Positions 29,380 to 39,049 of a stretch of 53,804 nt of DNA are shown in pieces. Each line of letters opens with the position of its first letter. The stretch's first letter is position 1. The notes under the pieces are model-generated. The model was not told the DNA's origin and searched no databases. It worked only from the letters and a program-made list of their open reading frames with translations. This DNA is from Alloprevotella sp. Its GTDB lineage: Bacteria > Bacteroidota > Bacteroidia > Bacteroidales > Bacteroidaceae. A program made the translations under genes and the position numbers. The stretch spans positions 1 to 53,804 of the forward strand of contig JBJFGJ010000062.1 in the NCBI GenBank assembly GCA_051892575.1. Direction: 5' to 3'.

Positions 29380-30354
29380 TTATTGCTTCAGGGCCACTAT
29401 GCGTTTGAAGCGGTTCCAGCCCGGAGCCTGGCGGTAGGCACCCACGGCGGCGGCCGGTACGGCAAGCACGCCTTGCTGACAAGTGGCGTAGCCGAAAGCA
29501 TTGTTGTTTTGTGGTGGTCGGGTGGCGAGGCAAATTACCGTCTCCACATTCGACGTGCCGCCAAATGCGTCGTAGTCCAGCTGTTTCACATTGGTTCCCA
29601 ACACCACCCGTTTCAAGTTGTCACAACCATAAAACGCGCTCTGACCGATGGTTTCCACGCGGCCGCCAATGGTAATTTCGTTCAGCCCCGTGCCGCGGAA
29701 ACACTCAAAGGGTATTTGGCGAAGGTTGGGGGCCAACGTCACGTGGTGCAAACCGACACATCCTGAAAAAGCGCCATCACCCAGATTGATCAGGTCGTAG
29801 CCCATCACGATGCTGTCGAGCGAGAGGCAACCTTTGAAAGCATTATTGCCAATGGTGTGCATATCGCGCGGGATGCGGAAATGGCGCAGTTTGGTACAGC
29901 CCCAGAAGGCCGCCTGGCCCACCTCTTTGAGGTTCTCGTCGGTGGTGACTTCTTCCAGTTGGTCACACCACATAAAGGCGCTTTGGCCTATCAGACGCAA
30001 CTTGGCCGGACATTTGAAGCGTTTCAACGGGGTGCGCTCGAATGCCTGCGACAAGATGTATTTGATGTCGTCGTTGAGTCGGATTTCTTGCAAGAGGGTG
30101 CCGGCAAAGGCGCCTTCGGCGATGATTTCCACCTTGAAGTTCACCTTGCTTCGTGACACGTTGTAGGGGATTTCTACCGTGGTGAGATTGGGCTCCACCA
30201 GGCGTTGCACCACCGCCTCGCCCATAGAGAGCACATCGGCCGACTTCAAGCCGTACTGGATGGGGCCGGCGGTGAAATGAGGCAGGGTGGAATATTGGGC
30301 GAGTGCCGTTAGGCTCCACGTCAAAGCCATTATGGCAAAAATCAGCCGTTTCAT
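29380..30354 (-). CDS. BspA-type leucine-rich repeat (LRR_5) secreted protein
   Basis: Signal peptide; repeated IG..AF.GC..L units. Confidence 0.88.
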   Translation of the reverse strand: MKRLIFAIMALTWSLTALAQYSTLPHFTAGPIQYGLKSADVLSMGEAVVQRLVEPNLTTVEIPYNVSRSKVNFKVEIIAEGAFAGTLLQEIRLNDDIKYILSQAFERTPLKRFKCPAKLRLIGQSAFMWCDQLEEVTTDENLKEVGQAAFWGCTKLRHFRIPRDMHTIGNNAFKGCLSLDSIVMGYDLINLGDGAFSGCVGLHHVTLAPNLRQIPFECFRGTGLNEITIGGRVETIGQSAFYGCDNLKRVVLGTNVKQLDYDAFGGTSNVETVICLATRPPQNNNAFGYATCQQGVLAVPAAAVGAYRQAPGWNRFKRIVALKQ

Positions 30355-30357
30355 CGT

Positions 30358-32250
30358 TTATTCCAGATAAGTGTAGCCATAAAGTCCCGAGCGGTAGTTG
30401 GAGATAAACTCTTTACCCTCTTCGTTGGTGATGCGGCCCTCTTTCACGGCTTTGCTCACCCAGCTCTCCAGGCGTCTTACCAGGCGTTTGGGGTCATATT
30501 GCACGTATTCCAGCACGTCGGCGACGGTCTCGCCGTCAATAGTCTTGTCAATGCTGTAGCCGTCTTCGTCGACGGTGATATGCACAGCGTTAGTGTCGCC
30601 AAAGAGGTTGTGCATATTACCCAAAATCTCTTGATAGGCGCCCACAAGGAACACACCTATATAATAATGGTCGCCCGGCTTAACAGGGTGAAGCGGCAGA
30701 TAGCTGGTCTGCTGGTTGTAGTTGACGTAGGTCGAGATTTTGCCGTCAGAGTCGCAAGTGATGTCTTGCAGGGTGGCCGAGCGTGTGGGTTTCTCTGCCA
30801 GTCGCTCGATGGGCATGATCGGGAAGAGTTGGTCGAGGGCCCAAGCGTCGGGCATAGACTGAAAGAGCGAGAAGTTGCAGAAATATTTGTCGGCCATCAT
30901 TTTGTCGAGCTTGCGCAATTCGTCCGGCACGTGTTTCTGATGATGAACCAACTCGGCAATCTCACTTGAAATGCTCCAATACAGGCTCTCGATTTGGGCA
31001 CGCGTGCGCAGGTCAATGATGCCGTGGCGGAAGAGGTCGAGGGCTTCGTCGCGGATGTCTTCGGCGTCGTGCCAGTCTTCGAGCATGGAGCGCGACGAGA
31101 GTTTGTCCCATATTTCCGTGAGGTCATGCACCAGTTGGTGGTCGTTTTCGTCGGGATGGAAGTCTTCGCTCATACGCGGCATCGACACGTTTTCAAGCAC
31201 GTCGAGAATAAGCACCGAGTGGTGTGCCGTGAGCGAGCGGCCGCCTTCGGTGATGATGTTGGGGTGGGGAATGTTGTTTTTGTTGGCGGCGTCCACGAAG
31301 GTGTAGACGCAGTCGTTGACATATTCCTGTATGCTGTAGTTTACCGAACTTTCGGAGTTGCTCGAGCGGGTGCCGTCGTAGTCCACGCCCAGTCCGCCGC
31401 CACAGTCTACGAACTCGATGTTGAAGCCCAGGGCGTGGAGCTGCACATAAAACTGTGCGGCCTCTCTCAAGGCTGTCGAGATGCGGCGGATTTTGGTGAT
31501 TTGCGAACCTATGTGGAAGTGGATGAGTTTGAGACAGTCGTGCATACCCATCTCATCGAGCAGCCTCAGTGCCTCAAGCAATTCGGCCGAGTTGAGACCG
31601 AATTTCGAGGCGTCGCCACCGCTCTCTTGCCATTTGCCGGAGCCCGAAGTGGCCAATTTGATGCGGATGCCGAGGTTGGGACGCACGCCCAGTTTCTCAG
31701 CCGTGCGGGCAATGGTGATGAGTTCGGGCATTTTCTCCACCACGAGAAACACGCGCTTACCCATCTTCTGCGCCAGCAGGGCCAGTTCGATGAAGTTCTG
31801 GTCTTTGTGACCGTTGCAGATGATGAGGCTGTCGCTGTCCATATTGGTGGCCAACACGGCATGGAGTTCGGGTTTTGAACCAGCCTCGAGGCCGAGGTTG
31901 TATTTCTTGCCGTGACTGATGATTTCCTCCACCACCGGACGCATTTGGTTCACCTTGATGGGGAAGATGATGAAATGGTCGGCCTGGAAGTCGTATTCTT
32001 TCTCAGCGCGCGCAAAGCAGTCTGCGGTTTTTTCGATGCGATTGTCGAGGATGTCGGGGAAGCGCAAGAGCACGGGGGCGGTGATGTCGCGCGAAGCCAA
32101 TTCGTCGACCACCTCTTTGAGGTCCACCTGCACACCGTCTTTGCGGGGAGTGACATAGGCGTGGCCTTTTTCGTTGATGCCGAAATAGTTGACGCCCCAG
32201 CCCTTGATGTTGTAGAGCTCCTCGGAGTCTTCAATTCTCCATTTTCTCAT
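30358..32250 (-). CDS. speA: Biosynthetic arginine decarboxylase
   Basis: PIKVNQ, GLEAGSKPEL, HFHIGSQ, GGGLGVDYDG, DITCDSDG. Confidence 0.95.
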   Translation of the reverse strand: MRKWRIEDSEELYNIKGWGVNYFGINEKGHAYVTPRKDGVQVDLKEVVDELASRDITAPVLLRFPDILDNRIEKTADCFARAEKEYDFQADHFIIFPIKVNQMRPVVEEIISHGKKYNLGLEAGSKPELHAVLATNMDSDSLIICNGHKDQNFIELALLAQKMGKRVFLVVEKMPELITIARTAEKLGVRPNLGIRIKLATSGSGKWQESGGDASKFGLNSAELLEALRLLDEMGMHDCLKLIHFHIGSQITKIRRISTALREAAQFYVQLHALGFNIEFVDCGGGLGVDYDGTRSSNSESSVNYSIQEYVNDCVYTFVDAANKNNIPHPNIITEGGRSLTAHHSVLILDVLENVSMPRMSEDFHPDENDHQLVHDLTEIWDKLSSRSMLEDWHDAEDIRDEALDLFRHGIIDLRTRAQIESLYWSISSEIAELVHHQKHVPDELRKLDKMMADKYFCNFSLFQSMPDAWALDQLFPIMPIERLAEKPTRSATLQDITCDSDGKISTYVNYNQQTSYLPLHPVKPGDHYYIGVFLVGAYQEILGNMHNLFGDTNAVHITVDEDGYSIDKTIDGETVADVLEYVQYDPKRLVRRLESWVSKAVKEGRITNEEGKEFISNYRSGLYGYTYLE

Positions 32251-32297
32251 ATTTGGGAAAAGATAATCGTTAGGGAAAAGTGTGGGATAAGTATGGG

Positions 32298-32825
32298 TCA
32301 AAGTGCCAGACTTTGACGTATGGCCTCGACGACGTTATCTATTTTTTCGGCGTCGTCGAGCACGTTGATGTCAATGATATGTTGCGCGCGCATATAATAA
32401 GGCTCGCGTTCGGCGAGTTGTGTGGCCACAAATTCGCGCAGTTCTTCAGGATTTTTGCCTTTGAGCAGCGGTCGCTCGCCCCGGCTGATGGCCAGATGGC
32501 GGCAAAGCGTGTCGGCCGTGGCCTTGATATAGACGGTTTCGCTCACCTGGTTGAGATAGTCGATGTTGTCGAAAAAACAGGGCGTGCCGCCGCCGCAAGA
32601 GAGCACGATGTTTTCAAACTCGGCTACCTCGTGGAGCATGCGCCGCTCAAGGTCGCGAAACTTCGCTTCGCCGTCTTCGGCAAAAATCTGGGGCACTTTG
32701 CGGCGGAAGCGTTCCTCGATATACCAGTCGAGGTCGTAGAAAGTGCGGTCCAGTGCCTTGCCCAATGCCTTGCCGATAGTGGTTTTGCCGGCACACATAT
32801 AGCCGATGAGGGTGATGCATTTCAT
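32298..32825 (-). CDS. aroK: Shikimate kinase
   Basis: GYMCAGKTT, DLD, GE..FR..E, GGGTPC, RPLL. Confidence 0.93.
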   Translation of the reverse strand: MKCITLIGYMCAGKTTIGKALGKALDRTFYDLDWYIEERFRRKVPQIFAEDGEAKFRDLERRMLHEVAEFENIVLSCGGGTPCFFDNIDYLNQVSETVYIKATADTLCRHLAISRGERPLLKGKNPEELREFVATQLAEREPYYMRAQHIIDINVLDDAEKIDNVVEAIRQSLAL

Positions 32826-32835
32826 GGTGTGCGGT

Positions 32836-35163
32836 TTATGAGGCCGATTGGCGTTTGCGGCCGCGGGCGGGCTTTTCGGGCGTCTGCTTGATGATGTTGT
32901 GGCACTCTTCGAGCGTCAGTTCGGCGGCGCGGGCGGCCATGGCTTTGGGTATCTTGTAGTTGGTGCCTTTATAGGCGATGTAGGGACCGAAACGGCCACT
33001 TCTCACCTCCAGTTCCGGCTCTTCTTCAAAGCGTTTGAGGTGGCTCTTTTCTTCTGCCTCACGTTTTTGCTTGATAAGGGCGATGGCCTCATCAAGGTCT
33101 ACGCTCATGGGGTCTTCGCCCTTGGGCAGCGAGACAAATTTCTTGTTGTGGGCCACATAGGGGCCGAAGCGGCCGGTGTTGACCACTACGTCGTGTCCCT
33201 CAAACGTGCCGACGGTGCGGGGAAGTTTGAAGAGCTCGAGGGCTTCTTCGAGTGTGATGGCGCTGATACTCATCTCGGGCGGTAGGGTGGCAAAGCGCGG
33301 TTTCTCGTCTTCGCCGGCCTGTCCTATTTGCACCATAGGTCCGAAACGGCCTATTTTCACCGAGACGGCCTTGCCGCTCACGGGGTCGGTGCCCAGTGCG
33401 CGCTCGCCCACTTTGTGGTCGGTCTTTTCGGCCAAGGTCTTTTCCACCTGCGGTTCAAAGCCGTCGTAGAAATGCTTGATGAGCGAGGTCCACTCTTTTT
33501 TGCCGTCGGCCACGGCGTCGAAATCCTTCTCCACGTTGGCCGTGAAGTTGTAGTCCATGATTTCGGGGAAATTGGCGAGCAGGAAGTCATTCACCACCGT
33601 ACCGATGTCGGTCGGGAGCAGTTTGCCCTTTTCCGTCGGCGTCTTTTCCTCGATTTGCTCGTGCGTGATATGGCTGCCGCTGAGCGTCATCACGTGACAG
33701 TTGCGTGTCTCGCCGGCTTTTTCGCCTTTGGTCACGTATTCTCTCTGCTGGATGGTCGAAATGGTGGGGGCGTAAGTCGACGGGCGGCCTATACCGAGTT
33801 CTTCGAGTTTATGTACGAGTGAGGCTTCGGTGTAGCGTGCCGGAGCGGCCGTGAAGCGCTCCTGGGCGCTGATGGTGTGGCGTTTCAAGTTTTCGCCTTC
33901 GGCCACGGTGGGCAGCAGGCCCACGGTCTCTTCGTTTTCGTTTTCGCCCTCCACGCTTTCGCGGTAGACTTTCAGGAAGCCGTCAAAGCGCACCACCTCG
34001 CCGGTGGCGATGAAGTGGCGCTCGTCGCCGTCGAGGTCGATGGTGATGGTGGTCTTTTCGAGTTCGGCGTCGGCCATCTGGCAGGCCAGAGTGCGTTTCC
34101 AGATGAGGTCGTAGAGGCGCTTCTCCTGCGCAGTGCCGTCGATGGCTTCACGCCGCATGTCGGTGGGTCGGATGGCTTCGTGAGCCTCTTGCGCTCCCTT
34201 CGACTTGGTGTGGTATTGGCGGCGTTTGTGGTAGTTTTCGCCCATCTTTTCGGCGATGACCTGTCCGCAGGCTGAGAGACAAAGCCCCGAGAGGTTCATC
34301 GAGTCGGTACGCATATAGGTGATGAGTCCCGACTCATAGAGCCCTTGGGCAATGCGCATGGTCAGCGCCACGGGATAGCCCAGTTTGCGGGCTGCTTCCT
34401 GCTGCAGGGTAGAGGTGGTGAAAGGCGCCGCCGGTGTGCGATGGGTGGGGCGCGTGGTCACGTTGCTCACCACGAAGTCGGTGGTCTTGCATTTTTCGAG
34501 GAAGTCGGTGGCCTCTTGTTCGTTCTTGAAGCGGTGGTTGAGCTCGGCCTTGAGTTCTTTGCCTTCGGCGGTGATGAACAGGGCCGTCACGCGATAGGAG
34601 GCTTCGGTCTGAAAGGCTTCAATCTCGCGTTCACGCTCCACGATGAGTCTGACGGCCACACTCTGCACACGTCCTGCCGACAAACTCGGACGCACACGGC
34701 GCCAAAGCACCGGCGAGAGTTTGAAACCCACCAGGCGGTCCAGCACACGGCGCGCCTGCTGAGCATCGACGAGGTTCAGGTCGATGTGGCGCGGATGACT
34801 GATAGCTTCGGTGATGGCCGGACGGGTGATTTCGTGAAACACGATGCGGCGGGTGCTTTGCGGGTCGAGACCCAACACCTCGGCCAAGTGCCACGAGATG
34901 GCTTCTCCCTCACGGTCTTCATCGGAAGCCAGCCATACGGTCTCTGACTTCTTGGCCTGTGAGCGCAGGTCGGCCACCACCTTTTTCTTGTCTGCGGGAA
35001 TCTCGTATTCGGGCTGGAACGTGTCCAGGTCTACCCCAAAGTTCTTTTTCTTTAAGTCGCGGATGTGGCCGAAGCTCGACATAACCTTGAAGTCCTCTCC
35101 GAGGAACTTTTCGATGGTCTTGGCTTTGGCCGGAGACTCGACGATAACTAAATTTTTCTGCAT
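32836..35163 (-). CDS. topA: DNA topoisomerase I
   Basis: LVIVESPAKAKTI, DEDREGE, SAGRVQS, ITYMRTDS, C-terminal GRFGPY repeats. Confidence 0.96.
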   Translation of the reverse strand: MQKNLVIVESPAKAKTIEKFLGEDFKVMSSFGHIRDLKKKNFGVDLDTFQPEYEIPADKKKVVADLRSQAKKSETVWLASDEDREGEAISWHLAEVLGLDPQSTRRIVFHEITRPAITEAISHPRHIDLNLVDAQQARRVLDRLVGFKLSPVLWRRVRPSLSAGRVQSVAVRLIVEREREIEAFQTEASYRVTALFITAEGKELKAELNHRFKNEQEATDFLEKCKTTDFVVSNVTTRPTHRTPAAPFTTSTLQQEAARKLGYPVALTMRIAQGLYESGLITYMRTDSMNLSGLCLSACGQVIAEKMGENYHKRRQYHTKSKGAQEAHEAIRPTDMRREAIDGTAQEKRLYDLIWKRTLACQMADAELEKTTITIDLDGDERHFIATGEVVRFDGFLKVYRESVEGENENEETVGLLPTVAEGENLKRHTISAQERFTAAPARYTEASLVHKLEELGIGRPSTYAPTISTIQQREYVTKGEKAGETRNCHVMTLSGSHITHEQIEEKTPTEKGKLLPTDIGTVVNDFLLANFPEIMDYNFTANVEKDFDAVADGKKEWTSLIKHFYDGFEPQVEKTLAEKTDHKVGERALGTDPVSGKAVSVKIGRFGPMVQIGQAGEDEKPRFATLPPEMSISAITLEEALELFKLPRTVGTFEGHDVVVNTGRFGPYVAHNKKFVSLPKGEDPMSVDLDEAIALIKQKREAEEKSHLKRFEEEPELEVRSGRFGPYIAYKGTNYKIPKAMAARAAELTLEECHNIIKQTPEKPARGRKRQSAS

Positions 35164-35534
35164 CGTGTTTTTTGATTTTGCCCGCAAAAGTAGGAAAAAA
35201 AATGCGCCTACACTCATCTTATATAAGAAAAACGCCTTTTGCCCGCTCCTTTCCGTCTTTTGGTCTGTCGGAATTAAGGCTGTCGGGAAGGGACTTTGCG
35301 CCGTGGCCGCCGCTGTTCAGATGACGGGGGCTTGCGTGACGCCAGCGCAAGATGTTTTAAGACAATTCAGCTTGTTTGACAAAAACTCCAGTAAAGGTTA
35401 AAATCTGCCATCCAAACCTTCCAATTTCTTCTAAACACCTGTTTTTCAATGCAATAATAAGTTTGACAGCCGGGAGAATACTGAAAAACGCCCCTTCGTG
35501 CCGGCAAAAAATCGTTTCAAAGCCGTTTAGGCCG

Positions 35535-35689
35535 TACGGGAATAGGGCGGGAATTTTCTGGAATAAGGGGAGAAAAAACTGTCCTTATGCCCGTAAACCG
35601 CTGAAAGCCAAAAAAAGAGGCCCTGAGCGGACCTCTCTCTCTTTCTTTACCGCAATTTACCCCTTTCGTGCCGTCTGCCAAAAGACAAA
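35535..35689 (-). repeat. Dispersed ~155-bp intergenic element, copy B
   Basis: Reverse complement shows TTTGTCTTTT, hairpin plus T7, TACGGGCATAAGGACAG; unit centres at 35586, 35565 and 35544. Confidence 0.75.
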
Positions 35690-35779
35690 CCCCGTGTGCG
35701 CCCTCCGCCGCTTGTGGCCCTTTGGCCGTCTCGCCGCTTATCTGTATTTTTGCAGCATAGACCAAAGCCACGCCGCCAC

Positions 35780-36442
35780 ATGAAAGTCAGAATAGACCCT
35801 TCGTGGGCCGCCCGTCTCAAAGACGAGTTTGACGCCCCCTATTTTCAAGCCCTCACCGACTTTGTGAGGGCCGAATACAAGGCCGGGCCGTGCTATCCGC
35901 CCGGTGCCGACATCTTCAATGCCTTCGACCTTTGCCCCTTCGAGGCAGTCAAGGTGGTCATCATTGGTCAAGATCCCTACCACGAGCCGGGTCAGGCCGA
36001 GGGTCTCTGTTTCTCTGTGGCCGAGGGGGTGAAGATGCCGCCTTCGCTGGTTAACATTTTCAAGGAAATCAGTGACGACCTGGGACGTCCCGTTCCGCCG
36101 AGCGGCAGTCTGCGACGCTGGGCGTGCCAAGGCGTGTTGTTGCTCAACGCCACCCTCACCGTGCGCGCCCACCAAGCCGCCTCCCACGCGGGCCATGGCT
36201 GGGAAACCTTCACCGACGCCGCCATCCGTCACGTTGCCGCCGAGCGCGACCACGTGGTCTTTATGCTTTGGGGCAGTTATGCCCAGCGCAAGCGCGACAT
36301 GATAGACCCCGCGCGGCATCTCGTACTCTCTTCGCCTCATCCGTCGCCGCTCTCGGCCCATCGCGGCTTTTTCGGCAACCACCATTTCTCACGGGCCAAC
36401 GACTATCTACGTGCCCACGGTCAAACACCTATCGACTGGTAA
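35780..36442 (+). CDS. ung: Uracil-DNA glycosylase
   Basis: GQDPYH, PPSL.NIF, GVLLLN, HPSPLS. Confidence 0.96.
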   Translation: MKVRIDPSWAARLKDEFDAPYFQALTDFVRAEYKAGPCYPPGADIFNAFDLCPFEAVKVVIIGQDPYHEPGQAEGLCFSVAEGVKMPPSLVNIFKEISDDLGRPVPPSGSLRRWACQGVLLLNATLTVRAHQAASHAGHGWETFTDAAIRHVAAERDHVVFMLWGSYAQRKRDMIDPARHLVLSSPHPSPLSAHRGFFGNHHFSRANDYLRAHGQTPIDW

Positions 36443-36456
36443 ACGCTCACCCATTT

Positions 36457-37056
36457 ATGGACCATCAAAATGCCATTCCGCCCATTCTGCAAGTGGGCGA
36501 CGTGATTTTCTCTTCCGACATCCTCACCCAGTGTTTCTGCTGCGACCTCGACGTGTGCGGCGGCATCTGCTGTGTCGAAGGCGATGCCGGTGCTCCGCTT
36601 AGTCTTGACGAGGTGGGCGAACTCGAAAATGTGCTCGACGCCGTTTGGCCTCAACTCGGTGCCGCAGCCCAAGCCGTCATCGACCGTCAGGGCGTGGCCT
36701 ACACCGACCGCGACGGCGACCTTGTCACGAGCATCGTCGACGGCAAAGACTGTGTCTTCACCTGCTACGACGCCCACGGCTGCTGCCTCTGCGCCACCGA
36801 GCGCGCCTACCGCGAAGGCAAAACCGCCTGGTGCAAACCCATCTCGTGCAGCCTCTATCCCATACGCGAGAAACGCCTTTCGCACGGTCTCACCGCCCTC
36901 AACTATCATCGTTGGAGCGTCTGCCAGCCGGCTGTCAAGAAGGGACGCGAACTGGGCTTGCCGCTCTACAAGTTCCTGCGCGAGCCGCTGGTGCGCCGCT
37001 TTGGCGAAGCATGGTATGAAGAGCTCGTCGAGGTGGCCAAAAGCCTGGGACTCTGA
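36457..37056 (+). CDS. DUF3109 family Cys-rich protein
   Basis: FCCDL..C.G.CCVEGDAGAPL, KPISCSLYPIR. Confidence 0.8.
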   Translation: MDHQNAIPPILQVGDVIFSSDILTQCFCCDLDVCGGICCVEGDAGAPLSLDEVGELENVLDAVWPQLGAAAQAVIDRQGVAYTDRDGDLVTSIVDGKDCVFTCYDAHGCCLCATERAYREGKTAWCKPISCSLYPIREKRLSHGLTALNYHRWSVCQPAVKKGRELGLPLYKFLREPLVRRFGEAWYEELVEVAKSLGL

Positions 37057-37147
37057 CCCACGCAAAACAAAAAACTTCTGAATAAGGGAGAAAATTTTTC
37101 ACCAAAACACATCCGCACGGCCGGAAACGGCCGGCCGTCACAAATCA

Positions 37148-37181
37148 AAAACGCCTCAGGCCGAAAGGCCCGAGGCGTTTT
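37148..37181. terminator. Bidirectional terminator
   Basis: AAAACGCCTC-aggccgaaaggccc-GAGGCGTTTT between convergent genes. Confidence 0.8.
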
Positions 37182-37201
37182 CATTCATTCTATCACACCT
37201 T

Positions 37202-37819
37202 TTATATGTAATATTCCACCGGGTCGGCCAAGCCGGCTCTGATGGCGTAGCGCGTGGCCTCGTAGGCCGTTGAGACGCCCAGTTTACGGAAAAGGTTTTT
37301 CTTGTGCGTCGTCACCGTGTAGAAACTCGTGTGGCGCGCCTCGGCAATTTCGCGTGCCGTCATGCCGCGGGCAATGAGCCGCAGCACCTCCGTCTCGGCA
37401 GGCGTGAGGCGGTCGGGGGAAGTGGGGGCGTGTCCCGAAAGTTGCTCAGCCACCGACTGGCAAACTGTGCGCTCGCCGCGCTTGAAGGCTTCGATGGCGC
37501 TGCGCAACTGGTCGTCGGCACTGTCTTTGGCCAGAAAACTCACCCGCTCTTCGCCCGAAAGCAACAGCAGCATGTCGCGGCTGAACTCAGCCGCCACCAT
37601 CAGCCAACGGGCCGCGGCAAAACGCCTGATGGTCACCAAGAGTCCCGGCAGACCTTCAAAGTCAAACAGCCCATAGTCCAAGACGACGCCAGCCGTGGGG
37701 TGTGCGCTCAGCAGAACCGCCAACTCGCGGCGGTTGGCGGCGTGGCGCACTTCCTCTCCATTCAGCAGCCGCTCAAACCCCATGGCGGTGAGCGCTTGGT
37801 TATCGGCTATGACAAACAT
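37202..37819 (-). CDS. LuxR/NarL-family transcriptional regulator with degenerate receiver domain
   Basis: LTPAETEVLRLIARG.T..EIA....S..TV.THKKNLFRKLGV HTH. Confidence 0.9.
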   Translation of the reverse strand: MFVIADNQALTAMGFERLLNGEEVRHAANRRELAVLLSAHPTAGVVLDYGLFDFEGLPGLLVTIRRFAAARWLMVAAEFSRDMLLLLSGEERVSFLAKDSADDQLRSAIEAFKRGERTVCQSVAEQLSGHAPTSPDRLTPAETEVLRLIARGMTAREIAEARHTSFYTVTTHKKNLFRKLGVSTAYEATRYAIRAGLADPVEYYI

Positions 37820-37842
37820 AATAGTGCGGGATGGTCAAATCA

Positions 37843-38790
37843 TTAGACGGGATAGTCGTCGAAGGCATAGAGCACTGTCGTGAGGTAACGCTCGCCCGTG
37901 TCGGGTAATAGGGCCACGATGGTTTTGCCTTTGTTTTCTGGTTTCTTGGCCAGTCCGATGGCGCCACTCAGAGCCGCACCCGACGAGATGCCGACCAGCA
38001 GGCCTTCTTTCTGGGCCAGCAGACGCGAAGCCGCAATGGCATCGTTGTCGGCTATGGGGAGAATGGCCGTGGGGGCAGCGGCGTCGAAGTTGGCGGGGAC
38101 AAAGCCGGCGCCAATGCCTTGTATCTTGTGCGCCCCCGGTGCCTGTCCCGACAAGACGGCCGACGAGGCCGGTTCGACGGCATAGACCTCAAGGTCGGCC
38201 TTGTGTCGGCGCAGTCCGTGAGCCGTGCCGCTCACCGTACCGCCCGTACCGACGCCTGCCACAAGAATGTCGATTTCACCGTCGGTATCGGTCCAAATCT
38301 CTTCGGCCGTGGTGCGCTCATGAATAGCCGGGTTGGACGGATTTTCAAACTGCTGGGGGATGAAGGCTCCCGGATGGCTCTCGCGGAGTTCTTCGGCCTT
38401 CTTGATGGCTCCTTTCATACCCTCTGAGCCCGGCGTCAAGACCAGTTCTGCACCCAGTGCACGCAACAGGTTGCGGCGCTCCACGCTCATCGTCTCGGGC
38501 ATCGTCAAGATGATGCGGTAGCCCTTGACGGCTGCCACCCACGCCAGACCGATGCCGGTGTTGCCGCTCGTGGGCTCGATAATCACACCGCCTTTTTGCA
38601 GTTTGCCACTCTTTTCGGCCTCTTCTATCATAGCCAGCGCCACGCGGTCTTTCACCGAGCCGCCGGGGTTGAAATATTCCAGTTTAACCAGCAGACGGGC
38701 TTCCAAGCCGAGTGCCTGCTCCACGCCCGTCACTTCCAGCAACGGGGTGCGACCCACCAATTCGGTAAGGCTTTTGTAAATCTTGCTCAT
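37843..38790 (-). CDS. cysK: Cysteine synthase A
   Basis: NPGGSVKDR, EPTSGNTG, GTGGT, HKIQGIG, DTGERYL. Confidence 0.95.
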   Translation of the reverse strand: MSKIYKSLTELVGRTPLLEVTGVEQALGLEARLLVKLEYFNPGGSVKDRVALAMIEEAEKSGKLQKGGVIIEPTSGNTGIGLAWVAAVKGYRIILTMPETMSVERRNLLRALGAELVLTPGSEGMKGAIKKAEELRESHPGAFIPQQFENPSNPAIHERTTAEEIWTDTDGEIDILVAGVGTGGTVSGTAHGLRRHKADLEVYAVEPASSAVLSGQAPGAHKIQGIGAGFVPANFDAAAPTAILPIADNDAIAASRLLAQKEGLLVGISSGAALSGAIGLAKKPENKGKTIVALLPDTGERYLTTVLYAFDDYPV

Positions 38791-38829
38791 GGTTTTGAAG
38801 TATTTTGTAGTTTGTGTTGTATCTGAGTG

Positions 38830-38878
38830 CAAAGTTAGGTGCTTTGGCGCCACACCGCAATACCACGACTTTGGTATA
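38830..38878 (-). promoter_or_regulatory. cysK promoter (-7 TAACTTTG) with upstream ATACC-N8-GGTAT box
   Basis: CAAAGTTA at 38830-38837; AATACC-acgacttt-GGTATA at 38859-38878. Confidence 0.6.
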
Positions 38879-39049
38879 TGCACCATTCGCGCTCTGCCAT
38901 ACCCGCTTTTTCCACAAAATCTCACGACTTTAACGATTATTGGGTCTAAATCTTTTGTCGGGACTTGAGGCGCGGCCTAACTTTGCAACAAATGTCAGAC
39001 TTTTGACTTAATCTTTCTGCACTATTATCACCTTTAATAAAATAAGCGT

